From Lama glama (lineage: Eukaryota), in contig CM052822.1 of assembly GCA_028534125.1 (NCBI GenBank), positions 44,268,001 through 44,332,000 of the forward strand: DNA of 64,000 bases, in the 5' to 3' direction. Shown here piece by piece: positions 11,325 through 23,509 of this stretch. The position numbers were made by a program, and so were the translations under genes. Position 1 is the first letter of the stretch, and each line of letters starts with the position of its first letter. The notes below the pieces were generated by a model. That model was given only the letters and a program-made list of their open reading frames with translations, did not search any database and had not been told where the DNA came from.

Positions 11325-12710
11325 GTGAGTGTGTGTGGTACTGGCATAAGGATAGCCATATAGATCAATGAACTAGAACTGAGAATTGAGAAATAAACCC
11401 TTACATTACAGTCAGATGAATTACAACAGGAGTGACAAAACAATTGAATGGGGAAAGAATAGTCTTTTCAACAAAGGATGCTGGAATAACGGGATATCCA
11501 CATGCAAAAGAATGAACTTGGATCTCTAATTAATCCAAAATGGATCAAAGACCTATATGTAAAAGGTAAAACTAGAAAATTCTTAGAAGAAGACAGGGAT
11601 AAATCTTTATGACCTTGGCTTTGGCAGTGGGTTCTTAGATACAACACCCAAAGTATATGCAACAAAAGAAAAAATGTTAGACTTCATCAAAATCAAAACT
11701 CTCTGTGCTTTAAAGGACACCATCCAGAAAGGAAAAAGACAACCCACAGAATGGAAGAAAATATTTGCAAATTATGTATCTGAGGAGGGACTTGTACCCA
11801 GAGTATTTAAAGAACGCTTACTACTTAATTATAAAAAGACAGATAGCTCAATTTAAAAATGGGCAAAGGATCTTAATACACATTTGTCCAAAAGAGATAT
11901 GTGGTTATATAAGCAGGAGAGAAGATGTTCAGCCTCGAGAGCCGCTGGAGAAAAGCAAATCAAAACCACAAGCAGATACCAGTTCACACCCAGGACGGCT
12001 GTTATTACAAAGCCAGATAGTAGCAAGTACTGGTGCAGACGTGGGGAAGCAAAACCCTCATACGCTGCTGATGGGAATGTAAAATGGCGCCTCCAATTCT
12101 GAAGATAGTCTGGCAGTTCCTCCAAAATGTAAACATAGAGCTCCCGTTCGACCCAGCGATTTTACTCCTAGGTATAGACTCAAGAGAACTGAAAACATAT
12201 GTTCACACACAAAAAGTTGACCATGAATGTTCATAGCAGTATTATTCAGAGTAGCCAAACATGGAAGGAATCCAAATGTCCATTAACTGATGGGCAATGA
12301 AATGTGCTATAGCCCTACATTGGAACATTATTTGTTATAAAACAAGAATGAAGCACTGACANNNNNNNNNNNNNNNNNNNNNNNNNNNNNNNNNNNNNNN
12401 NNNNNNNNNNNNNNNNNNNNNNNNNNNNNNNNNNNNNNNNNNNNNNNNNNNNNNNNNNNNNNNNNNNNNNNNNNNNNNNNNNNNNNNNNNNNNNNNNNNN
12501 NNNNNNNNNNNNNNNAGGTAGGTAGGGGGTGGCAGATGAGGTGGAGGGTAACGGCTTAAGTGTACAGGTTTCTTTCTGAAGTGTTGAAAATGTTCTAAAA
12601 TTAATTGTGATAGTGGCACAATGCTGAATACACCAAAAACTGTTGAATTGTACATTTTAAGTGGGTGCATTGTAAGGTATGTGAATTATATCTCAAGGTT
12701 ATTACCAAAA
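11325..12710 (+). mobile_element. LINE-1 (L1MB-like) ORF2 3' portion plus 3'UTR, decayed, spans a gap
   Basis: GTGTGGTACTGGCATAAGGATAG; ORF fragment LDFIKIKTLCALKDTIQKGKRQPTEWKKIFANY is L1 ORF2-like; 3'UTR TGAATTGTACATTTTAA...GTGAATTATATCTCAA. Confidence 0.93.
12362..12515. other. Assembly gap
   Basis: Run of N. Confidence 1.
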
Positions 12711-12907
12711 TAACTTAGGGATGAATTATTTTAAAAAGAGTTCTTACTTTAAAAATAATTCACAACAGAATTCCCTTAGCTATTAAGCTAAAAAGGTGCA
12801 TTTTAAAATTCACACATATTGCAGGCATGAATTGTTAGGAGTGTGGGATACATGCGTGAACTAAATTTATTCATCTGCTCCCCAGAGCACCTGTGCAAAA
12901 GGTGTTA

Positions 12908-13043
12908 ATTTTTTTTAATTGAAGCCTGTGGTGGTGTGTTGATTTCTGGTGTACAGCATAGTGATTCAGTTATACATACATATATATTCTTTTTCATATT
13001 CTTTTTCATTATAGGCCATTATAAGGTATTGAATATAGTTCCC
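12908..13043 (-). mobile_element. Short L1 3' terminal fragment (cetartiodactyl type)
   Basis: T-tail, TTAATTGAAG...GGTGTACAGCATAGTGATTCAGTTATAC...TTGAATATAGTTCCC. Confidence 0.85.
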
Positions 13044-14039
13044 AGATTCTTGAATTCAGTCAACTCCTATGTATGAAAACAAAAGCAAACAAACAAGGTG
13101 TGGTCATATACTCTTTCCTAGATGCTGTCTCCCAAGAACGCCACATCCTGTAAGAAAAGAATTTTAGGAATTAACGTGCGTGTAAAAAGACTATTTTTGG
13201 CGATCTTTTCAGTGCAGCTCCTCAAGTTGGGTCCATACTTTTGAAGCAGGAGCCAGGGCCACCCAGGGTGGGCTGAGACCCCCAGTCCTGAGGACAGGTG
13301 AAATCAGACAAAAGTCGTGGGCTGAGGGTTTCCTCAGCATTCATTCCACTCCTGGGCCACCTGATGCCTCCCCTGGGACAGACTAAAAGTTGCCACACCT
13401 AAGTAAATACTGACGGAGCATATTTGTACAGAAACATAAGGAAGAGGTCAACCAAGGGGCTGAGCCAACAAATTCATGGTCAAGAAGTGTTTTGTAAGGA
13501 AGAAACAGATCAGATATTTTGGATGATGATCCTGAGCGACAAGGTCGGGGACAATCTATTTAGACCCGAAAGTAATCACAGTTCCCTTGGTTTATCAGCA
13601 TATCCGCTCTGGAACACAAGGCTCCTCGCGGATGTGGTTTTTAGTTCCAAACAACAGGGGTCAAAGGGCACCCCTTTATAATGAGGAGACTTCTATTCTC
13701 CATTCTTAGGACCTGAATGGGGTTTTGCTTGTTTGTATTTTGTTAAAAAGGAGCAAAATTGTTCATTTCTCCTTAAATTTAACCTCAAGTCTTTTCTTGA
13801 ATCCAGGCTTGCTGGCAGATGCTTTTTCATGAGACTGTTTTATATTCACATATAGAAAACATATCTGATATTCCAACCACAGGACGACTTTTCCGTTAGG
13901 CCCTCTCTTGGGCACTGATGACTTCAGCATTGTGTTCGAGACAGTGAGTGAAATTCTGAATCCCAGACTGATCTGAATTCAGATTAAGGTAGCCAGGACT
14001 AGTCCATCAGCATAATCAATGTTTTCTGTACCTAAGAGA

Positions 14040-14560
14040 TTCAGGAGACCTGGATTCTTAGACTCAAACCCCATAACCATTTACCAGCAGTTTCCTCATC
14101 TGTAAAATGGGGATGACCATACCTGCCCAGCCATCCTTACAGATTTGGGGAGGATCAACTAGGTCGTGGACAGGGAAGTGCTTTGTGAGTTGCACACAGA
14201 CCTGGGTTTGAAGTTTGTTTCCACCATTTATTGACGATGGGATCTTGGAAAAGTTCCTTCACCTCATTGAGGCTTCGATACCTTATCTGTAAAGAAGGAC
14301 GTTAGTACCTACCCACAGATGAGCTGTAAGGATTAAATGGGATTCAGATTTTTTTTTTTTAATTGAAGTACAGTTGATTTACAATGTTGCGTTAATTTTG
14401 GGTGTGCAGCAAACTGATTCAATTATACATTTTTTTCTGATTTTTTCCATTATAGGTTATTGCAAGATGTCTAATATAGATCCCTGTGCTGTACAGGGAT
14501 TCAGTATATTTAAAGAACACACACTAACTGCTAAATAAATGGTAGCTATTGTTACTGCGA
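14040..14560 (+). mobile_element. Two tandem MIR elements; the second is interrupted by an L1
   Basis: CAGTTTCCTCATCTGTAAAATGGGGAT and AGACCTGGGTTTGAA...CTTATCTGTAAA...AGGATTAAATG. MIR tail resumes after 14504. Confidence 0.75.
14348..14495 (-). mobile_element. Short L1 3' end nested in MIR, with target-site duplication
   Basis: Poly-T, AATTGAAGTACAGTTGATTTACAATGTT...CCCTGTGCTGTACA, flanked by GGGATTCAG (14339-14347 and 14496-14504). Confidence 0.88.
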
Positions 14561-15319
14561 TCACACCTAAGCTTAGAGCAGTTGCATCAACACTATCACG
14601 TTTCACCAGCATCAATCACAGGCTTCAAACAAAGACAGGATATTTTTGGAGTGGAAGATGGGGAAGTTTGGGAAATGTGCAGGAGGAGGAAAGTGCATGA
14701 GGGTACAGGGGAGAGTTAGGAGAAAATGGTCTTTCTGGAGTGAAGTTCTGTGATGGAGAGCCGTGGAAATCCGAATCCAAGAAATCAGCAAGTGCCAGAC
14801 AGTGAAAGCCTCTCACAGCTGGAATAAGACCTTTGGTCTTGGTCCTGAGAGAGTCAGGCCCTGAGCTCTGTTGTCAGTGCTAGCCAGAGTGACTGGACTC
14901 CTCCCCTGTGACCCACTGCCAGGACCTCGAAGCAGCAGAACTTGTGAGCAAACAGAGCAGTAGGTGGGGCCCGCAGCAGAGAGGGGCCCTGGTTGGGTCA
15001 CTTTGCTGAGGGCACCTGTGGTCAGCCCTGGGGTCATTGGCTCCCTGGCCGTGGTGCCAGCTGGGCTCTCTCTCCTATTTGTTTATCAGTGACCCCACCT
15101 CCTGGGGATGGCTGATGCTGCGCTGGCCAGCAGGTCCTCTGGTGCAGGCTAATACCTTCAGTAAGTATTTCTTTTTAAATCAATTTTTTCAACATAATAA
15201 AGGGTTATTATTGTGGAATATTCTCCAAATTACAAAGAAGAAAATAAAAAGAGTAATTCTGTTTTTCAGACGTAATTACTATCATATTACTTCTATATAG
15301 GGTTTTGGTTTTTTTTTTA

Positions 15320-15649
15320 ACCATTTTTTTAGGGCAGTTTAAGGTTCATGACAAAAATGACAGGAAGGTGCAGACTTCCCACATATCCTCTGCCCCCAAC
15401 ACATGCATATCCAGAACTGTAACCTTTGTTACAGTCTATGAGCTTATATTGACACCTCGTTATCACCCAAGGTCTGTAGTTTGTTTACATTATGGTTCAC
15501 TCTTGGTGTCATCCATTCCGTGAGTTTGGACGAATGTATGTGACCTGTATCCATCATTATGGTATCATTTAGAGTATTTTCATTGTCCTAAAATCCTCTG
15601 TGCTCCACCTAGTCACCCCTCCCTACCAACCCCCGTCTCCTGGTAATCA
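15320..15649 (-). mobile_element. LINE-1 (L1MC-like) 3' region running into a gap
   Basis: TTTAGGGCAGTTTAAGGTTCA...TTATCACCCAAGGTCTGTAGTTT...GGTTCACTCTTGGTGT. Confidence 0.8.
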
Positions 15650-15938
15650 NNNNNNNNNNNNNNNNNNNNNNNNNNNNNNNNNNNNNNNNNNNNNNNNNNN
15701 NNNNNNNNNNNNNNNNNNNNNNNNNNNNNNNNNNNNNNNNNNNNNNNNNNNNNNNNNNNNNNNNNNNNNNNNNNNNNNNNNNNNNNNNNNNNNNNNNNNN
15801 NNNNNNNNNNNNNNNNNNNNNNNNNNNNNNNNNNNNNNNNNNNNNNNNNNNNNNNNNNNNNNNNNNNNNNNNNNNNNNNNNNNNNNNNNNNNNNNNNNNN
15901 NNNNNNNNNNNNNNNNNNNNNNNNNNNNNNNNNNNNNN
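15650..15938. other. Assembly gap
   Basis: Run of N. Confidence 1.
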
Positions 15939-15949
15939 NGATTTTATAA

Positions 15950-16385
15950 TATGCTTCATCCATTCAACAATAGATCATGAACATTTTCTCAAGTTATAAA
16001 TATTCCTGTGCAATCTTACTTTAAGGATCAGATTGTAAATCCATCTCGTGGATTACATGAGTTAATACCGAGAAAGCCCTTAAAGCAATGAGTGCCACAT
16101 TGTGAGCATGCAATAAATTTTAGCAATTTTCATAATATGGATATGTGTATAAACTGTATGTGTGATTTAATCAGCCCTTTGTTTTTGAACATGAGGGTGG
16201 TTTTTCACTTTTTTGCTAATATGAATGATGCTCCAGTGCATACCCTTGTGGACAGATGTGTACTCTTGGCTCTGCTGGTTTCCTCAGGATATATTCCCAT
16301 TTATAGAAAGGCTGAGTCTAAAGAATATGTAACTTTTCTGTTTATCAATACAGGTTCCTAAGTAACTTTACCAATTTATGTTTGC
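15950..16385 (-). mobile_element. Old L1 (L1ME-like) fragments with an embedded MIR tail
   Basis: TTTTTGCTAATATGAATGATGCTCCAGTG...TTCCTCAGGATATATTCC; MIR-like GGATTACATGAGTTAATAC near 16050. Confidence 0.5.
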
Positions 16386-17164
16386 TCTAGGTTGCTAAAT
16401 ATTTTTTTTCCTCTCCCAGTGAGTCTGGATTTGGAGCTGGTTTCTCCCCTGAGAGTGAGGGGTGCTACAGCTGATGAAAACATGATCATCCCTTTTTATG
16501 ACAGGAGCTGGAAGGTTTGACCCCAGAAGCTAAACAAGAACCTGCCTAACGAGTAATGAAGCCATGAGTTAGGTGCCTAACTCCGCTGCATCTCAATCTC
16601 TTGACCTGGAAAATAATTTCAGCAACACCTACAACTCTTAAATTTGATGAGAGGGTCCAGTGAGATCACTAGTGTCTCTCTGTGGCATTCAGCACACAGT
16701 GTTCAGCACATAGTAGGGCGCATACATCGTTAGTAGATACAGAAGCCATACATTAAGTAGTGGTACCACAGCAGAAGCTGTTGCAGCAACATCGGGGTCA
16801 CTGTCAAGATTTCTGAATGCCAGCGTCAGGGTCATAGGCGTTGTTCCATCAATGTGAGGCTCCATCAGAGTTTTCTGTCCAGGGACCAACATGCCCAAGA
16901 CAGGGTGGTAGGGCCTGGACCCAGCGGGCCAAGCGGTGGACTGGGGCGGTGGTGCCTGGAGGCAGAGGCCAGTCGAGAGGTCCCTGGAGCTGTCCAGAGG
17001 GGACAATTCAGATCAGAGACTTTTGCCTTATGAATATGAAAAACATTATTTTCAACATTTGTTTTGTGAAAAGGAGAGATGACGAGCTCTAAAGCCCAGC
17101 TTTTCTGTGTTGTTTTTATTTAAAAAGCCATTAGTCAGTTAAAAATAGTGTGTGCTCTTAGACA

Positions 17165-17256
17165 TGCGAATGGACTTAATACCACTGAACCATACACTTA
17201 AAGTGCCTAAGATGATAAATTTTATGTTATGTGCATTTCACCACAATTTTAAAAAT
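17165..17256 (+). mobile_element. L1MB-like extreme 3' end
   Basis: CTTAATACCACTGAAC...AATTTTATGTTATGTGCATTTCACCACAATTTTAAAAA. Confidence 0.75.
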
Positions 17257-18934
17257 AGGTTGAAAAAGACTCAGAGAGGAATTCATAGTTAGAAAAATGG
17301 TCAAGTTAGCAGGAAAAAAAATATGAACAGTATCTGATGGGGGGTACATTTAGCCCTCTTTTGGGAAAATAGCAATTGATGAGGAAGAAGGGCCATGGAC
17401 ATAACCATGGCCTTACAGTCAGAAGTCTTGGATTTAAATCCTGGTTCTGAATTCGGGCTGCGAACTTGAACTGATTATTGTAACAATTATAAGGGTCAGT
17501 AACTTCCTTTGTTGAAGCAGGGTAACAGTATCAGTTCTCCCTGCTTAAGGGATGAAGCAAAGGTCACAGTGAAATTAAGTATCAAGCTCTGAGTTTTCTC
17601 CATTTTGTAAACTTTTAGTTCTACACTCCAAGCAGATTGAAGATGCTGCTAAGTTAATAAGCTCCAGCTGTGAACTTGGAAACATGTAGTCCCAGCTCTG
17701 ATCCTACCAGTGTCAGGGCTTGGGACATCTCACATCAAACCACAGTGGGAGGAGATGCAGACCTGGAAGGAAACAGCATCTGTCTGCATGTTCCCTTTTC
17801 CCCTCCAGCTTCCAGGTACTGAGTCAAGGAATCCGACTGTGCCAAAAAGTCACACTCTGCCTTGTTCTATTATGGGAGGTCAGGTCAGAAGTGGCTGTTC
17901 CATGCTGCAGTCGATAAATTGCTATTTAATAGTCTTCCCATGTCTCTTGTGAGAGTTTCATAACGGAAACATTAAATAAATGTAACATATGGAAGTGCAT
18001 ATATACAAAAAATCAATAAAAGAATAGGGTGTACCTCTTTTGGAAGTGGAGTTTAAGAATTTGAGTTCTGCTCCTGCTGGGTCTGATAGCAATAACGCTC
18101 TGCTTAAATCATGGCATGTGGCTTAGAAACAAGCATGAAGGACCCTTGATCCAGGATGGATGGCTCTTGGTTACTTGGCAGCTGGTCATCCCATTGATGG
18201 GTGATTATTTTTCTGCCCTCCTTTCATCTCCTTTTCCCAGCCAAGTCTCTCAGTTAACACATCCATCAAGTAGAGGAAGGGAGCAAAGATGAAAAATCAT
18301 GTGACTGTTACAAGCATGGCCTCCAACATGGGTTGTATAAGATAAGGGGTTGACATCGTTGGGTACTGTCTACAAATATCAATTATTTACTCATTCAGAT
18401 CCCCCATTCAGGCAGAAAACGCTGAGGTAGCTTTAGTCTTTGGTCCTGGCAATCTAGAAGGATGCTGTTTCTCACAGCACACACCAGGGATGGCTAATGG
18501 TCCTTGTGAACGAGCCAGGAGTTAGTCTCCTGCAATATTAATGATTATGACTTAGTTTTAGTTTTGGCTTGAATTAATAATTCATTCATCATTGCTTGAA
18601 TGTTTGAATGTGGCCAGTCCTCCAGCGCTCAGCTCCCACACAAGTGTCTGCTCCAGGGGGTTCGCAGGCCTGTTCCTGCACTGTAAGTGTTTCCAAGGGG
18701 GCTCAGAGACCCGTGGGTCCTTACTCTGCCTTCAGAGACCTGAGTTGGGACCTCGTTTTGGTGACTGGTTTGGACTTTCTGTGACTAATGGATTTAATCT
18801 TTGATTCTTGGAGAGTTTTTTGTCTCATTTGTTTCAGGAATTAAAAGTTGGAAAACGATACCATTGCTTAAATATCTCTGGCATCTATAACCTTTTTTCC
18901 ACCCAATTACTGTCTTCTGTAGGCCCTTCGTGTC

Positions 18935-19025
18935 TTTTTTTTTTTTTGAGGTATAATTTGTGTGCCAGAAATACACCCCTTTAAAGTGTACAGTTCAGTG
19001 GTTTTTAGTATAGTCTCAAAGTCAA
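18935..19025 (-). mobile_element. L1 3' terminal fragment
   Basis: T-tail TTGAGGTATAATT...TTTAAAGTGTACAGTTCAGTGGTTTTTAGTATA. Confidence 0.75.
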
Positions 19026-19059
19026 GTATATTTGCAGAGTTGTTGTCTTTCGCTTGAGG

Positions 19060-19600
19060 GGTGCAGTGGCCTCAGAACTGGCCTTCCTTGTGTGCCCTTC
19101 TAGGTTGTGCTGGTCTGATCTAAAACACAAATCTGAGCATGGCTTCCTCCTGCACCAACCCCATTTAGAACAGTACCCCCGACCCCAGCACAACGTCTGA
19201 ATTCCCAGCACACTCACTGTCTGCCCCTTCCCTAGGCTGCCCTCCCCCACCGCCCACCCACACTCTGGCCACAGTGAACCCCTTGCAGTGACCTGAACAC
19301 CCTCTCTGCCTTTGCACAGAAGCACACATATGCTGTGTCTTTCCCTGGGTTGGTTTTCCTCTTTCTCTTCATGGCAAACGTCTATTCTACCTTTAAGATT
19401 CCAGAGAAACCTCTAGTCCTTTCTGCAACCTTCCTTCATCAACTCATGAAGAGAGAACCCCCCTCTAACCCCACACTCCTGATGGATGAACAGTCATCTC
19501 ACGGGACTGCAGTTTATTTCTAGATGTCAGCACCTGCCATCTCCTGAAAAGTTCACACACCTAGGGCTTTCACGGGGCTCGTCGGTACATGGAAGCACAC
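19060..19600 (+). mobile_element. L2 LINE fragments
   Basis: TCTAAAACACAAATCTGAGCATG, CACACTCTGGCCACAGTGAAC, GCCTTTGCAC, in L2 3' order. Confidence 0.6.
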
Positions 19601-20115
19601 TCATGGGATGTGGTCACACAACAGCTTCATTTTGTTCTCTCCCTGCCCCTGTAACTTTTCTTAGTGCCTGGATGAACATTCAGGTGGACCTGTGCTTCTG
19701 GGCGCTGACAGACCTAGTCCTACCATCATGGCGCATTGCTAAGCTCTGGCTCGAGGCAGGACTTGAGGGGTCCACTTCCAGGTGATAGTCGAAGCCTCCA
19801 GCATCTTTCAGAGTCGAGACTCCCCCCACATTTCCCCCACTAGGGCCTGCAGACAAGCTGAATTAGGGCAAGAGCCGGGCCAGCCTCTCTCTCCCAGCTA
19901 ACTGCATTTCTGAACCCTCTGGGGGTGGAGCTCAGGGAGGAGGGAGAGGTACAAGAGCAGGAGGGGTCTTCCTCGGCAGGAACGCTCCTAAATCGGTTTC
20001 CTGCTTCCTGGGCCTCACTGATGCCCACAGCCGTCTTTCCCTCCTCTGGCCATTCCCTTGATTCTCTGATGTTCTCCATCACTAGAACCCCTCCCTTGAC
20101 ATGGTGATGCTTTAT

Positions 20116-20278
20116 GTTATGGTCTGCATGTCTGTGTCCCCCCCAAGTTCATGTTGTAACCCTACCCCCCAAAGGGATGGTACAGGAGGTGAGGCCCTTT
20201 GGGAGGGGACTAGGGTTAGTTGAGGTCATGAGTGGGGAGCCCCCATGACGGGATTAGTGTCCTTAAAAGTAGAAAAAC
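20116..20278 (+). mobile_element. MaLR LTR 5' part (MLT1A-like)
   Basis: TGTTATGGTCTGCATGTCTGTGTCCCCCCAAGTTCATGTTG...GAGGTCATGAG...GGGATTAGTGTCCTTA. Confidence 0.85.
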
Positions 20279-20359
20279 AAACTAGGGCTCCCTTTACTCA
20301 GAGCTAAGCCATGTGCTCAGGTCTTTGCCTTCATCCTTTCAAGGTCACAGAGTATTAGT

Positions 20360-20960
20360 CATTTAAAAAAAGCATTACAATTCTTATAGGTGAAAATAAT
20401 GTGATTACTTTCATTTGAAATCCCTAAGTAGTGACGTTGTACATATTTTCATATTGACTATTTCCTGTTCTATGAAATGCCTGTTTCTGTCCTTTGCACT
20501 TTTGGATTGTTCATTTTCTTTCACATCGATTTGTAGGAACTTTTTTTTTTAGGTTTATGTTTTTATTTATTATTGCATTATTTAATTATTTTATTTTGGT
20601 GGGGGAGGGAACTAGGTTTATTTACTTTTAGAGGAGGTACTGAGGATTGAACCCAGGACCTCATGCGTTTTAAGCAAGTACTATACAACTTGAGCTACAC
20701 CCTCCCCCGGTAAGAACTTTTTAATTTTTTAGGCTATTAGGGCTATGACTGTAATTTGTGATGTAGATGTGTTTTCTTATGTTGTGGTTAATTCCTTGCC
20801 TTTGTTTGGTGCTGACAGAGAAGTTTTAAACTTTTTTGTAACGAAATTTATCAGTCTCTTCCTTTGTGTTTCCAACTTTCACGTCACGATTGCAAGGCCT
20901 TTCCCACGGGAAGATTGTAAAGCAGTCACCCATGCTTTCCTCTGAAATGTAAATAATTTA
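20360..20960 (-). mobile_element. Old L1 (L1ME-like), host of the SINE
   Basis: TATGAAATGCCTGTTTCTGTCCTTTGC...GATTTGTAGGAAC...ACAGAGAAGTTTTAAAC. Confidence 0.6.
20541..20709 (-). mobile_element. Camelid tRNA-derived SINE (Vic-1 type)
   Basis: Reverse strand reads GGGGGAGGGTGTAGCTCAAG (A box)...GAGGTCCTGGGTTCAATCCTCAGTACCTCC (B box), then an A-rich tail. Target-site duplication GTAGGAACTTTT / GTAAGAACTTTT. Confidence 0.85.
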
Positions 20961-21037
20961 ACTTCCTCCAAGAAAACTTTCTCTCCTTTGGGTGTTTAGG
21001 CTGATGTGAGGAGGGAGATAAGGTTCCAGCCCTGTTT

Positions 21038-21245
21038 TATAGCAGTGGTCGAGAGCCTGGCTTTGGGAATCCAAGGACAGCTGAGTATGAATGCCAACTG
21101 GATGACTTTGGGCAAGTTACACTCTCTGTGCCTTGGTTTCCTCTTCTGTAAAATGGGAATAACCCTGGAAAGTATTTGGTAAGTAAGTGGTCAGAACTCA
21201 GTAAGACTATGTGTGTAAAGTGAAGAACATAGTGGCCCTTGGTCT
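21038..21245 (+). mobile_element. MIR
   Basis: TAGCAGTGGTCGAGAGCCTGGCTTTGG...TGACTTTGGGCAAGTTAC...GGTTTCCTCTTCTGTAAAATGGGAATAA. Confidence 0.8.
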
Positions 21246-21729
21246 GGATTAGCTGTTTCCTTTGCTGTTTTTTGTAGCCAGCCTCTTATTCTAGCATCAT
21301 TGCTGGAGGAACCTACCTGCTTTCCACTGCGGTGAAATGCCACGGGTTAAAAGGAGCCATCTGCTGGGTTCTGGGGACACTGCGTTTGCTTCTGAGTAAG
21401 AATTATCCTGTCAGTCTGTTCTGGGTCAGAGCCTCATCAATGCACTAAGGTCTCACTTTTGGCCTGGAGTCTCCCTGCGATGCTCACGATGCCTGGAGCC
21501 GACTGGTCTCTATAGCCTGCTCCCCCAACCCCTTCCCTCCTCTCTGTCTCTTACGTGCCCTCTTACACGGGCAGCCAGAGCCAGCCCTGGCCACACTCTG
21601 TCTTGCAAGATTCATACATTTTCTTTGAGCTTACCAAGGAGGGTAGGACCTTTTGTTATAACCACTTTACAGATTAAAAAATAGAGTTGGAGAGGGTACC
21701 GTTAGAATTAATTTAAGACTGCATTCTTA

Positions 21730-21860
21730 CTCAGAGCTGCCATATACCAGGCAAGTTACTTACCTCCCTGAGCCCCACTTTGCCTCTGTAAAACTGGGAC
21801 AATAATGCCTGCCTTTGGGGGTTGTGACACAGTGCCTGGCACGTGGGAAATCCTAATTTA
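21730..21860 (+). mobile_element. MIR fragment
   Basis: GGCAAGTTACTTACCTCCCTGAGCC...CTGTAAAACTGGGACAATAATG...CAGTGCCTGGCAC. Confidence 0.7.
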
Positions 21861-23212
21861 ATATCTGCTCCAGGCCTTCCTGGCAGAACTTCTGATTTTA
21901 GAACCACATAGGCTCGCTCTACTATGCTGCCTCTCCCAAGTCAGACTTATTGGAAAGACTGGGGACTATGCTGCAGGGAGGTCTTCGGACCTCAACAAAG
22001 CCCTTCTGTGGAGACTTGCATCTTATTCAGGGTGCTTAGACCAGCCAGTCTTGTGTCCCAGCTGAATGCAACTGCAGCCTTTCTAATTGCTGTTGCTAAA
22101 TATATAGGGCACCCTGTACGATGCAAGTAGCACATCTTCATCACCATGGTGACCGGGCAACTTCAGTCTTCAAACTCACTCCTTTGCAGCACATATCTAC
22201 CAGGGACTGAAGGGAGCCAGGGAAGCTGTGAGTCTGGCAAAGGAGGGTGGTCCCATCCCTGGCTGGTTCTTGGAAGTGAGTGGCCTGTGCCCTAACTTTT
22301 GACCATATGTGACAATTTTGGGAGACCCTCCTTGTCAACACCAAACTCATAATTCTCCATCACTCAAAACTGATTCAGAAAAAAAGCCCCCAAAAGAAGG
22401 AGACTCTAAAGGTGACAGCTGGGATCTGGGTAGGTCAGGATGCAGGACTCACCAGGACAGCCAGAAGGGGCAGACGCAGTGCTGATAGAACCAATCCCAG
22501 AAGCACCCGCAGGAGTCTCTTTTTGGGGAGATTCTTTTTAAGGATGGAACTAAAAAAGCTGTATGTGCCTCAAGAGAGCCTCTTGCTTCTTAGGACATTG
22601 TGAGATAAGCCATTTCCCCTAAGCTTCCCCTTTGGGGGAGGGACAGACACAAAGCCGGTGGGTGTGGGCAGCTGGCAGGGGCTGTCCCGCTGGCAATGAG
22701 TGTAGCTGGCTCTCTCTGGACTCATTCACGTGGCGGCCCTGCCAGCATCACCAAGGCAGTCCTCTGAGTTTCACTTGAGTGCCTTTGGGCCTCTTTTTAA
22801 CATGACCACTTGGCTTTTATTAATGCTGCTCCCTCCTGGCTCTCAGCTTCCAGCAAAAATTCTTGTCCTTAACCTCACACCCAGGAGTAGGGAGCCACCT
22901 TCAGAGTTCCCAAGTTGCTGACTAGGAAACTGAGCTCACAAATTTGAGTCAATTTTCTCAGGTCGCTCCTTGAGTCCCACAACTCACAGAACCAGGGATT
23001 TGACAAGCCTCCTTCCGGTGACTTAGAACAGCTTTCTTCAACTCTTCCTGAGGCACTAGGGCTGCTTGCAATGGGCAGAGCATCTCCTACTCAATTCAAG
23101 TGCCGACTCCAATTTTATCTGTTCTACAGGTTAAAAAATCCACATGAGATTTGCTTTGAAGAAAGGGTTCAGAGGCCAAAAAGATGAGGAAAATCACTGC
23201 TTTGGACACAAT

Positions 23213-23500
23213 CTTTTTAATAAAACAGCTCTACGGAGGTGTAATTTACATACATTCTAATTCATTCTCTTTAACACACAGTTCTGAGTTTTGATAAACA
23301 CAGAGTCCTGGCACCACCACCACAGTCAAGATCTAGGACGTTTCTCCCTCCAGAGAGTTTCCCGCTGCCCCTGTAGCGTCAGCGCCAAGCCAGTCCCACC
23401 CTCAGCTCCTGCAAGACAGATCTTTCTTCTGTCGCCCTTTTTCGTTTTCGTTTTTCCAAAATGCCAAGTAAGTGAAATCATAACATCGGAGGTGCTTTTT
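23213..23500 (-). mobile_element. Old L1 3' region (outer element)
   Basis: AACAGCTCTACGGAGGTGTAATTTACATAC...GAGTTTTGATAAAC...CACCACAGTCAAGAT. Confidence 0.7.
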
Positions 23501-23509
23501 TAAAATAAA

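Noticed and set aside
11674-12102. ORFs with L1 ORF2-like peptides
   Set aside because: Frameshifted, stop-riddled remnants of an old L1, not functional genes.
17139-17258. Two TTAAAAATAG MEF2-like matches
   Set aside because: One is formed by an L1 A-rich tail, and the AT-rich context makes a chance match likely.
20630-20709. tRNA gene
   Set aside because: This is the tRNA-like head of a SINE (A-tail and target-site duplication present, cloverleaf degenerate).
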